From positions 29,884,001 to 29,948,000 of the forward strand of contig OX597823.1 of the NCBI GenBank assembly GCA_951406725.2: DNA of 64,000 nt, given 5' to 3'. Shown here in pieces: positions 1-14,342 of this stretch (its first letter is position 1; each line of letters starts with the position of its first letter). The position numbers were made by a program, and so were the translations under genes. Origin of the DNA: Octopus vulgaris. Its lineage: Eukaryota. The notes under the pieces are model-generated. The model was not told the origin of the DNA, searched no databases, and worked only from the letters and a program-made list of their open reading frames with translations.

Positions 1-226
1 AGCAGTTGAACACTGAAGCACCTACACACACACACATGCACTCACACGCACACACCGCCACCACTACCACCACCAGCACCACCACCACAAATTTATATTA
101 TATAATATTGCGATATAATATAATGATAAAATATATGTGTGTATATGTATAATATATATCATAAATTATCTATACTATATATTACATGTATACACATATA
201 CACGTAATATATAATACACGTATAGT

Positions 227-265
<39 letters not shown>

Positions 266-389
266 AAAAAAAGAGTAGAGAGTAAGGAAATAAGGATATA
301 AAGTTCACAGTTCATTTTTCAGAGGGTAAGGATGTTAGTCCGAATGTCCTTAGATAAATTCCAAAGTATATCCAAACAGTATTGAGGCA

Positions 390-453
<64 letters not shown>

Positions 454-555
454 ATAAAAATGGTAAGATAACAAAAGAAAGAAAGAGACCTCGATATTAT
501 GTAAATAGAGGAATTTATCTGTAAAAGTAATATGTGACAATTATTCGGTAGCCAA

Positions 556-594
556 GATAAAACTCCGAGTTTCGGACGCCACCATCTCTTCGGG
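556..594 (-). ncRNA. Degenerate hammerhead-like motif (same family as 977-1037)
   Basis: Minus strand CCGAAGA-gatggtggcgtcc-GAAA-ctcggag-TT; stem II shortened, 5' strand of stem I lost at an apparent truncation junction. Confidence 0.45.
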
Positions 595-678
595 ATGGAT
601 GGATAGGATTACAAATGGCTGGTATGTAATTGTATATTAGTATTTTTGTATTTGTTTTTGTATAGTGTGCGTAAAAAA

Positions 679-760
679 CATCCTGATGAGGGGAGTGTCA
701 GTTTTGATAATATGAAATATATCATATTACTTGGCACGTCTCTGAAACGGCCCGTAGATG
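679..760 (+). ncRNA. Type I hammerhead ribozyme motif with long stem II
   Basis: catc-CTGATGA(683-689)-long stem II incl. taatatga/tcatatta-GAAA(744-747)-cggcccg-TA-gatg; stem I catc/gatg; GUA triplet. Confidence 0.75.
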
Positions 761-848
761 GAAATACAGTGTAGCCGACAAAATCAAAAACAATGTGCAT
801 GAGTGAAATAGAAAATATTAAATGGCGATAATTTATCCATCGCACCAC

Positions 849-938
<90 letters not shown>

Positions 939-976
939 TCATATATATATAATATGTGACCATTAGTTAGTTGTCA

Positions 977-1037
977 TAATAAAACTCAGTTTCGGATGCC
1001 GGGGCTGAAGTCTGCTCCGGCATCTCATCAGTTATTA
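977..1037 (-). ncRNA. Type I hammerhead ribozyme motif
   Basis: Minus strand taataa-CTGATGA-gatgccgg...ccggcatc-c-GAAA-ctgag-TT-ttatta; 6-bp stem I, 8-bp stem II, minimal stem III. Confidence 0.8.
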
Positions 1038-1179
1038 AGACATATTATATTTATAAATTCCTCTATTTATATAATAAAGTGGTCTCATTCATTCTTTTAC
1101 TGTCATATTATTATTATTATTATTACTCATACACACACTCACATATATATATATGAATAAGATGGATGCATAAATATTC

Positions 1180-1568
1180 TTTTCTACTTTAGGTACAAGA
1201 CCTAAAATTTGGAGTGCGGGGGCCAGTCGATTAGATTGACGCCAATATGCAACTGGAACTTAATTTATCGACCTCGAAAGGATGAAAGGCAAAGTCAACC
1301 TCGGCGGAATTTGAAATGAGAATGTAAAGACAAATGAAATACCTATTTATTTACTACCCACAAGGGGGTAAGCACAGAAGAGACAAACAAGGACTGACAA
1401 ACGGATCAAGTCGATTATATCGACCCTAGTGCGTAACTGGTACTTATTTAATCGACCCCGAAAGGATGAAAGGCAAAGTCGACCTCGGCGGAATTTGAAC
1501 TCTGAGTAGCAACAGATGAAATACTGCTGAGCATTTCGCCCGGCGTGCTAACGATTCTGGCAGCTCGC
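1180..1568 (-). mobile_element. tRNA-derived SINE family B, tandem/dimeric copy
   Basis: Core gtcgactttgcctttcatcctttcggggtcgattaaataagtaccag repeated twice; B-box-like gagttcaaattcc; many other copies in window. Confidence 0.85.
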
Positions 1569-2599
1569 AGCCTATGATGCATGCACACATATTAAAAAGA
1601 CATATGTATTTATGAATGTGTACGTATGTATATTTGAAACCGTTTCTGATTTCTCCTCTCTCTCTGGTTGTCATCACATAACATCCTTGCATCTCTAAAT
1701 TCTACTCCAACCACACTTCTTTCCTTTAGCCGCTTTTTAATCGCAATTTTATCTGACGTTAGAAGCCGTCTCTGTTTCAATTCCATTCACTTCCACCCCA
1801 TCACCCCTCCGACAGAACCGTCCATTCTCGTCCACACTTTCTGCCTATTCATGCAAGTCTCTTCCTTTTCCCCAACATCGTTTTTCTTCCACTTTCACCC
1901 CTACCTTTTACCTGCGCCACACCGGTTTTTATCCATCAACTACACCGACTCTTGTTCGATTTCATCTCGCACCAAAACCTCTATCAATTAATTGCCCCCA
2001 CCACCACCACCGCCACAATTACTGCACCTGTGCACCTTCAGATATAGTTTGATCTTTCCTTCTTACCTAAAATTCTCTGAATCTAAGCGAAAGCGATCGA
2101 CTCAGTGTAAAGAGTTCCACTTCATATCCCTCATTCTACCTTTGGACAAGTTCCAGAGCCGAAACTTCTTGTTGCGTATCTTGTATTACAAGAGTAGACC
2201 AACCCAGTAACACTATTTACTCTATTGATGAGGACCAACATCCATCCCACTGGACACCTGACCCGTGGCAAGACACGATCTCCATCTATTCGCCAGCTTT
2301 TGCTTTTATTTCTGTGGAACGCTTCGATTTCAGAAAATATTTAAGACTAAAACAGCTCTTGTTCAGAAATTTAAGACTTTACTCTTTCGAAACCGACATA
2401 ATATTATCGTTATACGGGCCATCAAGGGCCAAGCCTTGGTCAAAAGGTGATCTGACTACTACAAGGCCGAAGAATTTGAGCAACTCCTCAAACGCCTTAA
2501 GCAACGTGAATTGTTCTAGGACCGTATTTTCACCTCTGTAACCAGTAACTCACGTTTGCCGCCAAACGGTAGCTCATCTTCTTCGCGTTCCTCCTTCAA

Positions 2600-3300
2600 A
2601 TGGTCTCCGATTCTGATCATTCATTCACGACGTACCTCCACTAATTACTTCCTCCCTAAGATACATAAGACTAACACCTTTGTTCGACCTATTACCTCCG
2701 CATACAACTTCTTTGCTAAACTCAAATTCAAATACCACAACCAGATATTCCCACTCTTGGTAGCATCCCTCCCGTCATATATTCATAACACAAACCACTT
2801 CTTCGACTTCTAATTCCGTTCCGTCAGTTCCAGCAATTTTTCATTATGGCCTAAAGTCCATCTGTACCATCACATCCACAATGAGTTTCTCTTAACCCTC
2901 TTATTATTAATTCACTCGAATCTTGCTTTTTCTCTCACATTCGCTTTTCCGGACACTTAACCTCCTTCAATTGCTTCTTTTTCTCTTTTTAGGTATCCGC
3001 CATTAGGTTACTGGAGAAGGCACAGACCACGTGATGTGCGCACTACCTACACCTACCTGTTTCTTGAACGTCCTCTTCAGCAACTTATTTGTAGGCTACT
3101 TCACGCTCAAATCTTCGCCCACTTCACCGACCCTTCTCAAAGTTATACAGTCATTAACGACTGTATCAAAGCTTTTTTCTGTATATGTGTTTAGATCACC
3201 ACCATTGCCTTCATTAACGCTTTCCATCGAATCATAGAATTCATCTCCACCATTTCCTTCACCTTTCCCAGTTTTCTAGACATCTCTGTTTCTGATTTTT
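2600..3300 (+). mobile_element. Highly degenerate Penelope-like RT relic
   Basis: Peptides YFLPKIHKTNTFVRPITS, LPSYIHNTNHF and FLDISVS resemble PLE RT motifs; many stops and frameshifts. Confidence 0.65.
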
Positions 3301-4513
3301 TATTGATTATCCAAAGCTCTTCATTTCCTTCGTTACAATTCCAACGAGCGAGCTAGCGAGGCAGCTTCTACGCGGTCATTCGACCTATCGAAAATTGCAG
3401 CTAAATCATTCTCGAATATCGCCTTCTAAACTAATTAAACAATGTAATTTGCTAATGAATGTATATGCCAGAAAAGGAGACGGTAACTGATAGAATGCTA
3501 ATTGAACATTGTGCTAACGTCGTCACAAAAAGATATTGTTCACGAATCTAGAGAAAGCGAGGTCTTAAAACACATGTAGCGGAATGATGTAGGAAGAGAT
3601 GTCGTTGAGGGAGCAGATGAAATAGGCATGTGGACGACACCAACGTAAAAAAATGGGAAAGCAATAATATGGTCGCCTCCTATCCACTTGAATTTTAAAT
3701 GACACAGCTCAGGTCGGAGGTCGAAGACAGATTCATCCACCACTTTTTGACCGGACAAAGAAATTTCTTTCGCTCCTGTTTTGCCAGTGGTGGACCAGAC
3801 GAACGAGAATCCTTAGGTTCGTTTTCGAATCTCAACTCGGAAAAAGAAAGTGTTAGTTTTTACATACCTATCTTCCAAAGAGTACAGAATACACAAGCAT
3901 CACCAATGAAAAACATTTGCAAATATTCCAGAAATTGCATGAGTTTGAAGGCAGCAACAGCAATAAAACAGGAAGTACTGTTGTTATCTCTCTTTCTAAG
4001 GTTACAGGTCAGCACAGGTCAGCATAAAAGGTTACGGGTCAGCATAGAATACATTTTGAAATTAAACACTTTACACATAAAAATAAACTTCGTAACTACA
4101 GTACGAAATTCTAAAAATTCTGTAATACAACGTAAGCATAATTAAAATTAAATTACCTTTATGGAATTCAAAAGATTTTATCATCTCTCAGAACCTTCAT
4201 GTAGCAATAATTGATGAGCATTTTTATTCCTGGAATACTGAATGTCCAACATTCCAAGCAATTCTCAAATCAGACTTGATAGAGATTATTTTTAGTCTTT
4301 TACAATAGGGGTAGTTTGATAACAAACATAAAACTGCGATTATTCTGTTAAGGTTATTCCAACAGAAATTATTGCCAGCACTGATTTTTTTCTTTTGCTA
4401 CAACGTTTCGTATCTCCACGTCAGACGTAAACAAACATTGTTTGTTTGTTTACATTTGTTTGTTTACAATTGACGTCTCGATGCGAAACTTTGTAATTTC
4501 TGTAGAAATTATA

Positions 4514-4860
4514 GGCGCAGGAGTGGCTGTGTGGTAAGTAGCTTGCTTACCAAGCACATGATTCTGGGTTCAGTCCCACTGCGTGGCACCTTGGGCCAGT
4601 GTCTTCTACTATAGCCTCAGGCCGACCAAAGCCTTGTGAGTGGATTTGGTAGACGGAAACTGTAAGAAGCCCGTCGTATCTTTGTGTCTGTGTTTGTTCC
4701 CTCACCATCCCTTGACAGCTGATGTTGGTGTGTTTGCGTCCCCGTAAATTAGCGGTTCGGCAAAAGAGACCGATAGAATAAGTCCTGGAGTCGATGTGTT
4801 CGACTAAAGCCGGTGCCCCAGCATGGCCACAGTCAAATGACTGAAACAAATAAAATAATA
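4514..4860 (+). mobile_element. tRNA-derived SINE family A, full length
   Basis: Head ggcgcaggagtggctgtgtggtaag...gggttcagtccc; body ggcaccttgggc..gtgtcttctactatagcc; tail ccagcatggccacagtcaaatgactgaaacaa; more than 10 copies or fragments in window. Confidence 0.9.
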
Positions 4861-5780
4861 ACCTTAACAAAATATTGTAAAGAGCATTACTAACGCGGTA
4901 AGACGTGATATGTACTCATAAAAACATTTTATATAGTTTATGGTATATTATGATCGCATAACGAAATATTTATATACCAGCCCAGGAATGCGTTTAATAT
5001 ATAAATTGGTATGCGGTGGCTATATAAGCAATATATTCGGAAGCTAGAATGTGTTTCATGTGAACTGATGAAGGGGAAAAACTTCCCGAAATATACATAT
5101 ACACTCAATACACTCTTTTGCCTCCGATCTCATTGTTTGTTTACATCTGTCGTCTCGATGCGAAACGTTGTAACAAAAAATGGCTATAATTTCTGTAGAA
5201 ATAACCATAAAATATTGTAAAGAGCACTGCTAACGCAGTAGGACGTGGTGTTGGCTTATAAAGACATTTAATATATTTCGTAGTGTATTGTGGTTACATA
5301 ACGAAATACCGTGTGCCCACAAGTCACTAATAAAATCGCGAATCTAGCTTCACATCAAGCTAACACAACCATTCAGGAAAGAATTTTCCAACTTTCTACG
5401 GATTACCTATCAGTTATTATCACAACACACTCATACATCGATGAAGAAAGCAAAACACTTTAACAAGCTTAAAGAAAACCAACAGATTGGGAAGAATGAA
5501 GATTAAGGGTTTCAGAAGTCAACATTTTAATCATCAGAACATATATACATTCATTCAAATAATTGAGGCGCGTCTAAAATATATGCACAAAGCAACGTTA
5601 AAAATATAACCCCAGTTGCACAAAACAAATAGTCACCATTACAAAAATTAGAGTTAACTTTGAACAAGATGAGTCAAAACTGCATACAATCGAATCAAAG
5701 AACTAAACGGAATCAAAGAAATAAACGAAGATATGATAAATAAAGCGTAGAAGACAGTCAAAATTTTGTAACTGATATCG

Positions 5781-6124
5781 TGGCAATCCATCGATTACGA
5801 CGACGAGGGTTCCAGCTGATCCGATCAACGAAACAGCCTGCTCATGAAATTAACGTGCAAGTGGCTGAGCACTCCACACAGACACGTGTACCCTTAATGT
5901 AGTTCTCGGAGAGATTCAGCGTGACACAGAGTGTGACAAGACTGGCCCTTTGAAATACAGGTACAACAGAAACAAGAAGAAAGAGAGAGAGAAAGCAGGA
6001 TTCGCCATCACCACCCTGCCGGAGCCTCGTGGAGCTTTAGGTGTTTTCGCTCAATAAACACTCACAGCACCCGGTCTGGGAATCGAAACCGCCACTGCCC
6101 TAACCACTGGGCCATTGCGCCTCC
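5781..6124 (-). mobile_element. tRNA-derived SINE family C
   Basis: Head ggaggcgcaatggcccagtggttaggg...ggtttcgattccc; closely matches 13344-13712 in opposite orientation. Confidence 0.85.
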
Positions 6125-8299
6125 GCATAACCGAGTTAAACCATAAAACTAACTGTAAAACACTCGAGTAATAAGCATCAAAATCAACAATAACGACAGT
6201 AATTACACCACACACTATCACAATATCGTCATCAAATGATAGAAGCCACGTTGCAACACCAAACAAACGCCAGAAGACATTTCTCGAAAGATCAGCTGCA
6301 AAAAACAACAACAAAAGACGAAAATACACATCTTCAACCTTGACCAAGATTTTGATCAGTTCTTTCGATCAAATAACCAAACACCAGTTAGGAAATATAA
6401 ACACTGAAATGCCACAGGGCCAAACAAAATCCCAGACATTAATCCAAAGCAGCACGCAAGCGAAAAACTGCACTCATAAACATCAACAACAGTTAAACCC
6501 CCGTTAGTTATCGCCCTGCCGCTTTCCTTTATTAACACTTGTTCAATATCTTGTTACCATGTAACACAGTTTAATATACAGCGGTGGGGGGAATGCTACC
6601 GACAGATTGATCACCATTAAAGATTCCTTGTAAATAAGTTATTTCTTCAATATATTATGGAATGTCCCATGGAGCTCTCGTCTTACACACACACACATAC
6701 ACACACACACACATACACACACACACACACACTTCTCTCCCTCTCTCTCTCTCTCTTGCTATCTTTGTCTTTGTCTCTCGACATTACTTTGTACACTTTT
6801 TCCTAAACATGCCGTCACCTCCAACACCTATTGTTATACGGATGATGCCATTCTCCAGTCTTCCAGAACCAAGTGCCATCCACATGAAGCGGAGAGTGAC
6901 ATGTTTAAAGTTCTTCTTATTACAAACGAACATTCACCGCACACTTAATGACTTCGAAGGTCTTCTTACAATTTGGCGGCAGCAGGAAAAAATATGAGTA
7001 GGAAAATACTTCTAGTGGGATGACGTTTTTTTGTGGTGGAGAAGAAGGACTGGGAGACGAGAGAATGAGAGATATCAGAAGAGGAATATTTAAATCTTTT
7101 TGGTATACAGAATTTGCAAGATTAGCAAGCAAAGTTGACTAAGTGACAGACAGAATGTTTTGCAGTATCTGTTCCGGATCTTTGCGCCCTGATTTCAGTT
7201 TCCGGCTTGAGATTCTAATCTTAGTGAAAATTACGTCATCAACCCTTGTCCATGAAAAGAAAACACCAAGGTGGATCACGACAGCAGCGCTACAGATATG
7301 TCTCTACATCTGAACAGGGTTTGCATCATCTCGGCAGTTTTCCACTTTAACAATAAGTACTGCAGGAATTGAACTCAAATCCCTTTCTTTATTCTAATCA
7401 AATTCATTGTCAGAAAGCCCCATTGGGACGCCAAATGCTATGGCTAGTTTTGTGAGACGTAACTCGCAGATTCATCTTCCGACACGACAGTTTTCAAAAA
7501 TTTTGAATACGTTAACGGCCTTAACGGTATTTTTTAAATTGTCATTAGGTGCGGAGTCTGTCAGAGTAAATCGACCACCCAGTATTCAACAGAAACTGGG
7601 TTTATTGGTTTAAGGAAAGAGCAAAAAGGAGGATGATATCGGGAAAGGTTGAACTGAGAATGCTCAGAGACGTTGCTTAAAACTACAAGACGTTTTACCC
7701 AATCTTCCAACTACTTGACCATTTGTTGCGCCTTGAGTTAGCAAATATTTATTTAATACTCAAGCAAAAACACCACCCTTTGGTTCAGGGGTCAAATGCA
7801 TAAATGAAGTAATGCATAAATGAAGAAAATGATGACAACTAAGATTGTGAGGAGAGGAGACAAAGACCAAAGGGAGAAAGAAATTGATAAAAAAAGTGTG
7901 AGATTAAGAGTGTAAGAGAAAAAGGATATAGAAATAAAAAGGCTAATAAGAATAGAGATAATGAACATAGAAGAGATGGAAAAAGGGAGGAAGTATGTGA
8001 GTGTGTGTGAGAAAGAGAGAGAGAGAAGAGAGAGAGTGTGTGCTGCAAGGAAACAGTAGAAGAAAAGGGGATACGAATATAAACCGTTACAAGTTGTTTG
8101 TCGTAGTGAATAAAAGTAAAAGCTTGTAGGTGAAAATCGTCAATAATAAAAGAACGTTCAAAACCACATTTTGATAAGAATATATTAAAATTGGAATTTA
8201 TAAGGAATCTCAAGACAGTATAGACTTTCAAAAATTTTTCTTGTCAGAAAGATACATACGAATAATTAATAATCATCTTTCTTTATTATGATAATAAGG

Positions 8300-8650
8300 G
8301 TACTGAATTTTAAAAAAAATATCGATTTAGTAACTCTTGACTGTAGATTGATATTTAGGTATCATTGTAGTAAGTATTTATTTAATAAATACTGAATTTT
8401 TAAAACTATCGATTTAGTAAATATTGACTTAATCGGTATTAAATTTGTAAATAACGATTCAGTAAACATTGATTTAATTAACACTGAATTTTATAAATAG
8501 CGATTTTCTAGCCATTGATTGAATATGAATAAAGATTTTTTTTTTAAATATTGATTTAGTAAGTATCGATCAACAGTGTTGCAAATATCGATTATTGATC
8601 TAATTGTTGATCTAAAAGTATCGAATTTTTAAATATCGATTTAATGAAAA
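8300..8650. repeat. Degenerate AT-rich minisatellite
   Basis: Recurring aatatcgatttagtaa / actgaattttt units. Confidence 0.6.
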
Positions 8651-9392
8651 ATCAAATTTTAAAAAAAATAAGGTGTCAAGTATTAGAGTATTTTTTTGGT
8701 CGTCCCTTTTTTTACATCGTTAAATTGATTCGTGACAAAATTTTAGCTGCTGTTTCTAGCAAGAGAAGCGGCTACACAAAGGCTCTATCTTGGCTTTGAA
8801 ATGTTCACATTCTTATTCTTTTGGTTGCTTGGTTCAGATTATTCTTGATCGAATAATCCAGTTAATCCAGCGATAAAAGGCCTTCTAGCTATGGCCATCC
8901 TGCTTTTTTTTGTTTTATTTTGTTTCGTTTTTTTTTTTTTTGCGAATGTTCACATCATCCAGTGTGCCTATTTTTAATCAGTAGAATGATGTATCATGAG
9001 AGATTTACCATCTATTTCTAGCAAAATTCTAAACGTTGGTCTTAAGGTGGCGAATAAGCAAAGTCGTTAGAGTGTCGGGCACAATACTTTGTGGTAGTTG
9101 TGCCGGTTTTCAGCACTTTGATTTTAAATCCCAGTGTATCCCTATCTAAGATGGCACGGTGTGATTCGAGGCACATTTCACTTCTATTTGTAGCAAACTG
9201 ATCAGCCACGTATAAGCTCAAGATGTCCTTGTTGTTTACGTAAGGCGAGGACATCTTGCTTTCCGGCTATGTTTCGGTCTTCACCTGTCAGTGAAGACCA
9301 ACGTGAATTGTTTTCGTTTATCACAAATATACATCTTACATTTAAAAACATGTCTACTCTTGTCATAACTCGGAACTGTTGATACAGATGGC

Positions 9393-9426
<34 letters not shown>

Positions 9427-11912
9427 GTCTTTCCCACTTTCTCTCTCTCTTTCTCTCTCTTTCTTTCTCTCTCCCTTTCTTTCTCTCCCTCTCTCTAATA
9501 AAACATATGAAACAACCGTGTGACTGTGTATGTGTTATTGCGTCTGCGTATATGATTATTAATAAGTCTGCGTATTTGTGTATGCGTATGTATATTAAAA
9601 TACAAATACATTATTTGACAGAATCCTTACAGTGATGGACATAATACCTTACGCCAGTTATTCTGGTTCTTTACCATGTGAATTATAATCTAGCTGAAGT
9701 CCACTGAGGTCAAAAGAAAAAGAGGAAAAAACGGAAAGAAAAGGAAAATGTGAACCCAGAGCTAGTACGGCTCTTTTTCTCTCCAGCAGTCATATCCTAG
9801 ATGTTTCACTAGGACAAGGATAGGAGAACCAAGATGATGTCTAAGCCTACTGGGGACTACAAAGGCACCTAAAACAATTAACGAAAGCATGGTATATGCA
9901 CTACCACTTATCCTTGGTTAAAGATAAAAGTAGGTGACGGATTAATCGTTTGAGATTCGGACTAATTGACTTGTAGTATTTGTTCCAGTTATTTACTAAT
10001 ATTTCAAATCTCACCAAAGACATCCGTTTTATCTGAATCGTTAAAATAAAGTACCTGTGAATTGCTGGAGTCGATGGTATCACCTAAAATAAAAACAAAA
10101 GCGTTTAGCCGAAATCGTCAGCAATAAAAGGAATTTTAAAAAAGTACATTTTGATAAAAATATATTTAAATTGGAATTTCTATGCGTTTTCTAAACAGTG
10201 TAGATTTGATCATTGTTTTCTTGTAGTAAAAGGTACATACTCAAAACTAATTAATTAAGAGTTTTCTAAACAGTGTAGATTTGATAACTGTTTCATTGTA
10301 GTAAAAGGTAGATACTCAAAACTAATTAATTAACAGCTTTCTTTATTATGCTAGAATTACTGGTCCTGTGCCTAAATCAAAAACAATTGTTATTGGTGAA
10401 ATGGCAAAATCAACATGATTAACAGCGTTTCTTTTGGCCCTTTACATTCTAAGTTCACTTCCCATCGAGGTCAACTTTGCTTTAACCCTCTCGGATAACT
10501 AATATCAATGGGTGATGAATGGTCTCCTTTTCTTGTGTCTTGCTTAATTTTGTATCTTGAATGTGATTCTATTCAAAATTCTTAGACATATTCAGTACAT
10601 ATTTTATTTACGATTGCCTATCAGCTCCAATAGTTTCCCAGCTTTTCATATGAATGTTGCTTTTCTACAGATCCTATTCAAAGGCAGTTTTTGTATTTTA
10701 ACTGTGATTTTAAAGGTGTTCTTTTTCCGAGAACAGATTTCAGCACAGCGCAGAAACTTTGGAATTCGTCCATTTTTTGTATGAACTACACATCCAGACA
10801 ACCTTGGTCTGCTATGTCATAAGAGACTTCCTATGCTTACAAAATTTTCTATTTCCAAGATTTCAACACCAATCACATAGTCTCTTCAAGATATATGCAA
10901 AATGTATCAAAGACATTTGGTTTATATATTTTGAATCTGTAGCAGTTATTTGTTACAGATAGATGTAATGGATGCTGTGGAGATTAGTATTAATAATAGG
11001 CTAGTTAAAACTTCGTGAGACTATATCATATATATCAAAATGAATGAACCAAAGCAAAAGGTTAAACTCTCACACATTTTATTTATCCGTCACAATTTGT
11101 CTCGTGTGGGACAATGTACAGACGCTGTAGTAGTCGGCTGTTTTCCATTGGTAAGGGGATGGTTGTCTCGACAAGGCTAGCACAAATCTTGAGAGAACGA
11201 TAGTGCCAAATGTAGGTGCGGCAAAGAGATGGGTGCGAGAAAGAGACAGACGTGCGACGTCTCAGAGCGAAAATGAAAAGCCTGAAAATATTTGTGGAAG
11301 GTTCGAATTTATACATGTTCGAGAGCTGAAAGTAGATCGGAAGAACAAAGAATGTGATTGATTTTATCTGCTTTGAACTAAATTTCAGTTACGATAGCGA
11401 TGAAAAGAGTAAGTTGAACGGAATATAACAGTTGAGTCTCGTAAATTTTCTAGTACAAGTACAAATGCCAAGAACAAAGGGAAAAAAAGCTTACAGAATA
11501 AAAGTTAGGCTAAGATCTCAATATTCCAAGTCTAATGTCCATGTTACTATGTCATACAACAAAACATTAAATACATGATTCGTACACAAGAAATGTAGAG
11601 TCATTTGGAAGCCATGTAATTTTCCAGAAGACAACCATGGCATTTGAATTCTATCTGCGAGTTCGTCCTCAATATTTCGTCACGGTACAATATACTGCCA
11701 AGATATTTGAAGGAAGCTATGCTCTTCAAAGTTGTACAATACGTTGTTTATATAAGGAGTTATGCAAGGCTTGGTAGGCAGGGCTGATAAAAGAATGTCA
11801 GTTTTATCAAGATTTGTTTTGAAACTTGGCATGTTAACATGCCCACGATATTTTACCCTTAAGAGCTTGGTGACATATACATACTTACGTACATGTATAC
11901 ATATTTAATGAG

Positions 11913-11998
<86 letters not shown>

Positions 11999-12112
11999 TA
12001 TGCAAATATATGCATATATATATATACCATGTTAGTATGCATTTGTATGTGTCATATGTAGACATGAATGCATGTGTAAATGTAATTGAGTGTGTTTGTG
12101 TGAGGGGAGTGT

Positions 12113-12208
<96 letters not shown>

Positions 12209-12542
12209 TGTTTATGTATACAAAATGCATGTGTGCTGGTTTGTATTTGCCATTAACAAAATATGAAAACCGAATCCGGGCCTGTCGACACAAGAGCAAT
12301 ATCTTCCCAACCCACCGACAAACTTCCGATGTGTCATCTCGTTGGCCCACGCTACAGCACTTCACTGACGTCACACATTATTTGACCGATTATCTATCGT
12401 CCAATTCTATCACTGCTAGCATTATTTTCGCACAAGATTCATTATCATTACCGTCACGATCACCGCAACCATTTCACTTCGGCTGAAATATAATATACGC
12501 CACACAAATACTTGTATTTAACCAAGAAGTGGAATAGCTTAA

Positions 12543-12769
12543 CCCATTGAGTTCCAGAGTACTTACATTTCTGAATATTACTTTAAAATTTTTACAGATG
12601 ATTGAAAATAGGTTAAAAGTAAAAAAAAAAAAAATTATTTCAACTCCTTTACTTCACGTGGAAATGGAAATACTCGATGTCCTATAAACAGGACATTGAG
12701 ACAATGTGATATAGCTTATTTAATGTTCTCATTTAGTGTCCTATTTATAGGACGGTAGGACTTAATGGG
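12543..12769. mobile_element. piggyBac-type MITE
   Basis: TTAA on both sides (12539-42, 12770-73); TIRs cccattgagttc / ggacttaatggg; internal palindromes gtcctataaacaggac and gtcctatttataggac. Confidence 0.75.
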
Positions 12770-13343
12770 TTAAACAAGACAAAGATTCAACTATTTCATT
12801 TGTTTTACTTCAAACACACGATTTCAGATCAAAACAACTTCTGAGTAAATGTAAAAAGACCATGAAAAACATTAACACGCTCAAACGCTTATTTACAAGC
12901 AAGCATACAAACCTTTACACAAGCATACACAGATATATATACTCATATACATGCAGACGTGAATGTATATGCGTCTGGGCGTGTTTATATGTGTCTCTTG
13001 TACCCCGAGTAGAAGAGTGTGTAGGCCAGCCAGTGGATCCGCTCGATATTGCGGGTCCTAACATCCAGGTGATGCTGTAGCTTGGTGTTAAAATTCATGT
13101 GCAATAAATTGCTTCTACAATATATGTTATTTATATAATTCTTAATAATATTTAGTTGTAAAAACACAGTAGGGTTTCTTTTTATATTCATTGGATGGCT
13201 TTGAGGGTCCAGCTGAATATAATAGAGACCAAAGGGTCAATAGGCACAGAAAAATGGTTGAGAAGCACGGGTTCTTCGATCTTTACATGCATTATATAAA
13301 CACCTCATTTACATATGATACGATTATTATAAATAAACTAAGT

Positions 13344-13712
13344 GGAGGCGCTATGGCCCAGCTGACTCGCGGTCGTAGAATCGCAGTTTCGATTCCCAGA
13401 CCGGACGTTGTGAGTGTTTATTGAGCGGAAACACTTAAAGCTCCACGAAGCTCCGGCAGGGGGTGTTGGCGAACCCTGCTGTACTCTTTCACCACATCTT
13501 TCTCTCACTCTTTCTTCCTGTTTCTATTGTACCTGTATTTCAAAGGGGCCAGCCTTGTCACACTCTGTGTCGCGCTGAATCTCCCCAGAGAACTACGTTA
13601 AGGGTACACGTGTCTGTGTGGAGTGCTCAGCCACTTGCACGTTAATTTCACGTGCAGGCTGTTCCGTTGATCGGTTCAACTGGAACCCTCGTCGTCGCAA
13701 CCGACGGAGAAC
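13344..13712 (+). mobile_element. tRNA-derived SINE family C
   Basis: Homologous to 5781-6124. Confidence 0.85.
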
Positions 13713-14262
13713 CGCATAAAAAGACTAAACGTAGACTTGATTGAAAATAATGACAAACCACCATGAAAAACTACAACAGCAACAATAACAGCCCACCATG
13801 CACGAAGTATGTCACATACATCATAGATCTATTGTAATACTTTTCTCTATTCTATTTCCTTTACTGCAGGTCACTCTCATTCCCTTCTTTCTCTCTCTCT
13901 CTCTCCCTCTTTCTTTCTGTCATTTTCTCTCCTTCTCTCTCTCTCTATCTATCTATCTATCTTTATCTCTTAATCATTTATTTACCTGTCAACCTGTCTT
14001 TCTGTCGGTCTGTCAGTCTGTCTATGCATGTAGGTGTGCATTATACAATCTATCAATCAATCAATCTATCTATCTCTCATCTATTTATCTACCTTTCTGT
14101 CTATCGATCTGCTATTCCATATACGTATGCATTCCCTCCCTCTCTCTCTCTCTCTCAATCTCTCTTTGTCTATGTCTATTTTTCTATCTGTCTGTCTACC
14201 ATTCCATATATGTATGCGTCTCTCCTTCTCTCTCTCTCCCTCCCTCCCCCTCCCTCCCCCTC

Positions 14263-14342
<80 letters not shown>

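Noticed and set aside
3050-3085. CTGAAGA...GAAA on the minus strand
   Set aside because: No credible stems; lies inside the PLE RT relic
3699-4145. 148-aa non-repetitive ORF
   Set aside because: No recognisable motif; length compatible with chance
4400-4425. CTGACGT...GAAACGTT hammerhead-like string on the minus strand
   Set aside because: Invariant A9 missing and no stem II
10560-11870. Possible ancient LINE relics on the minus strand
   Set aside because: Only faint peptide resemblance; needs TBLASTN
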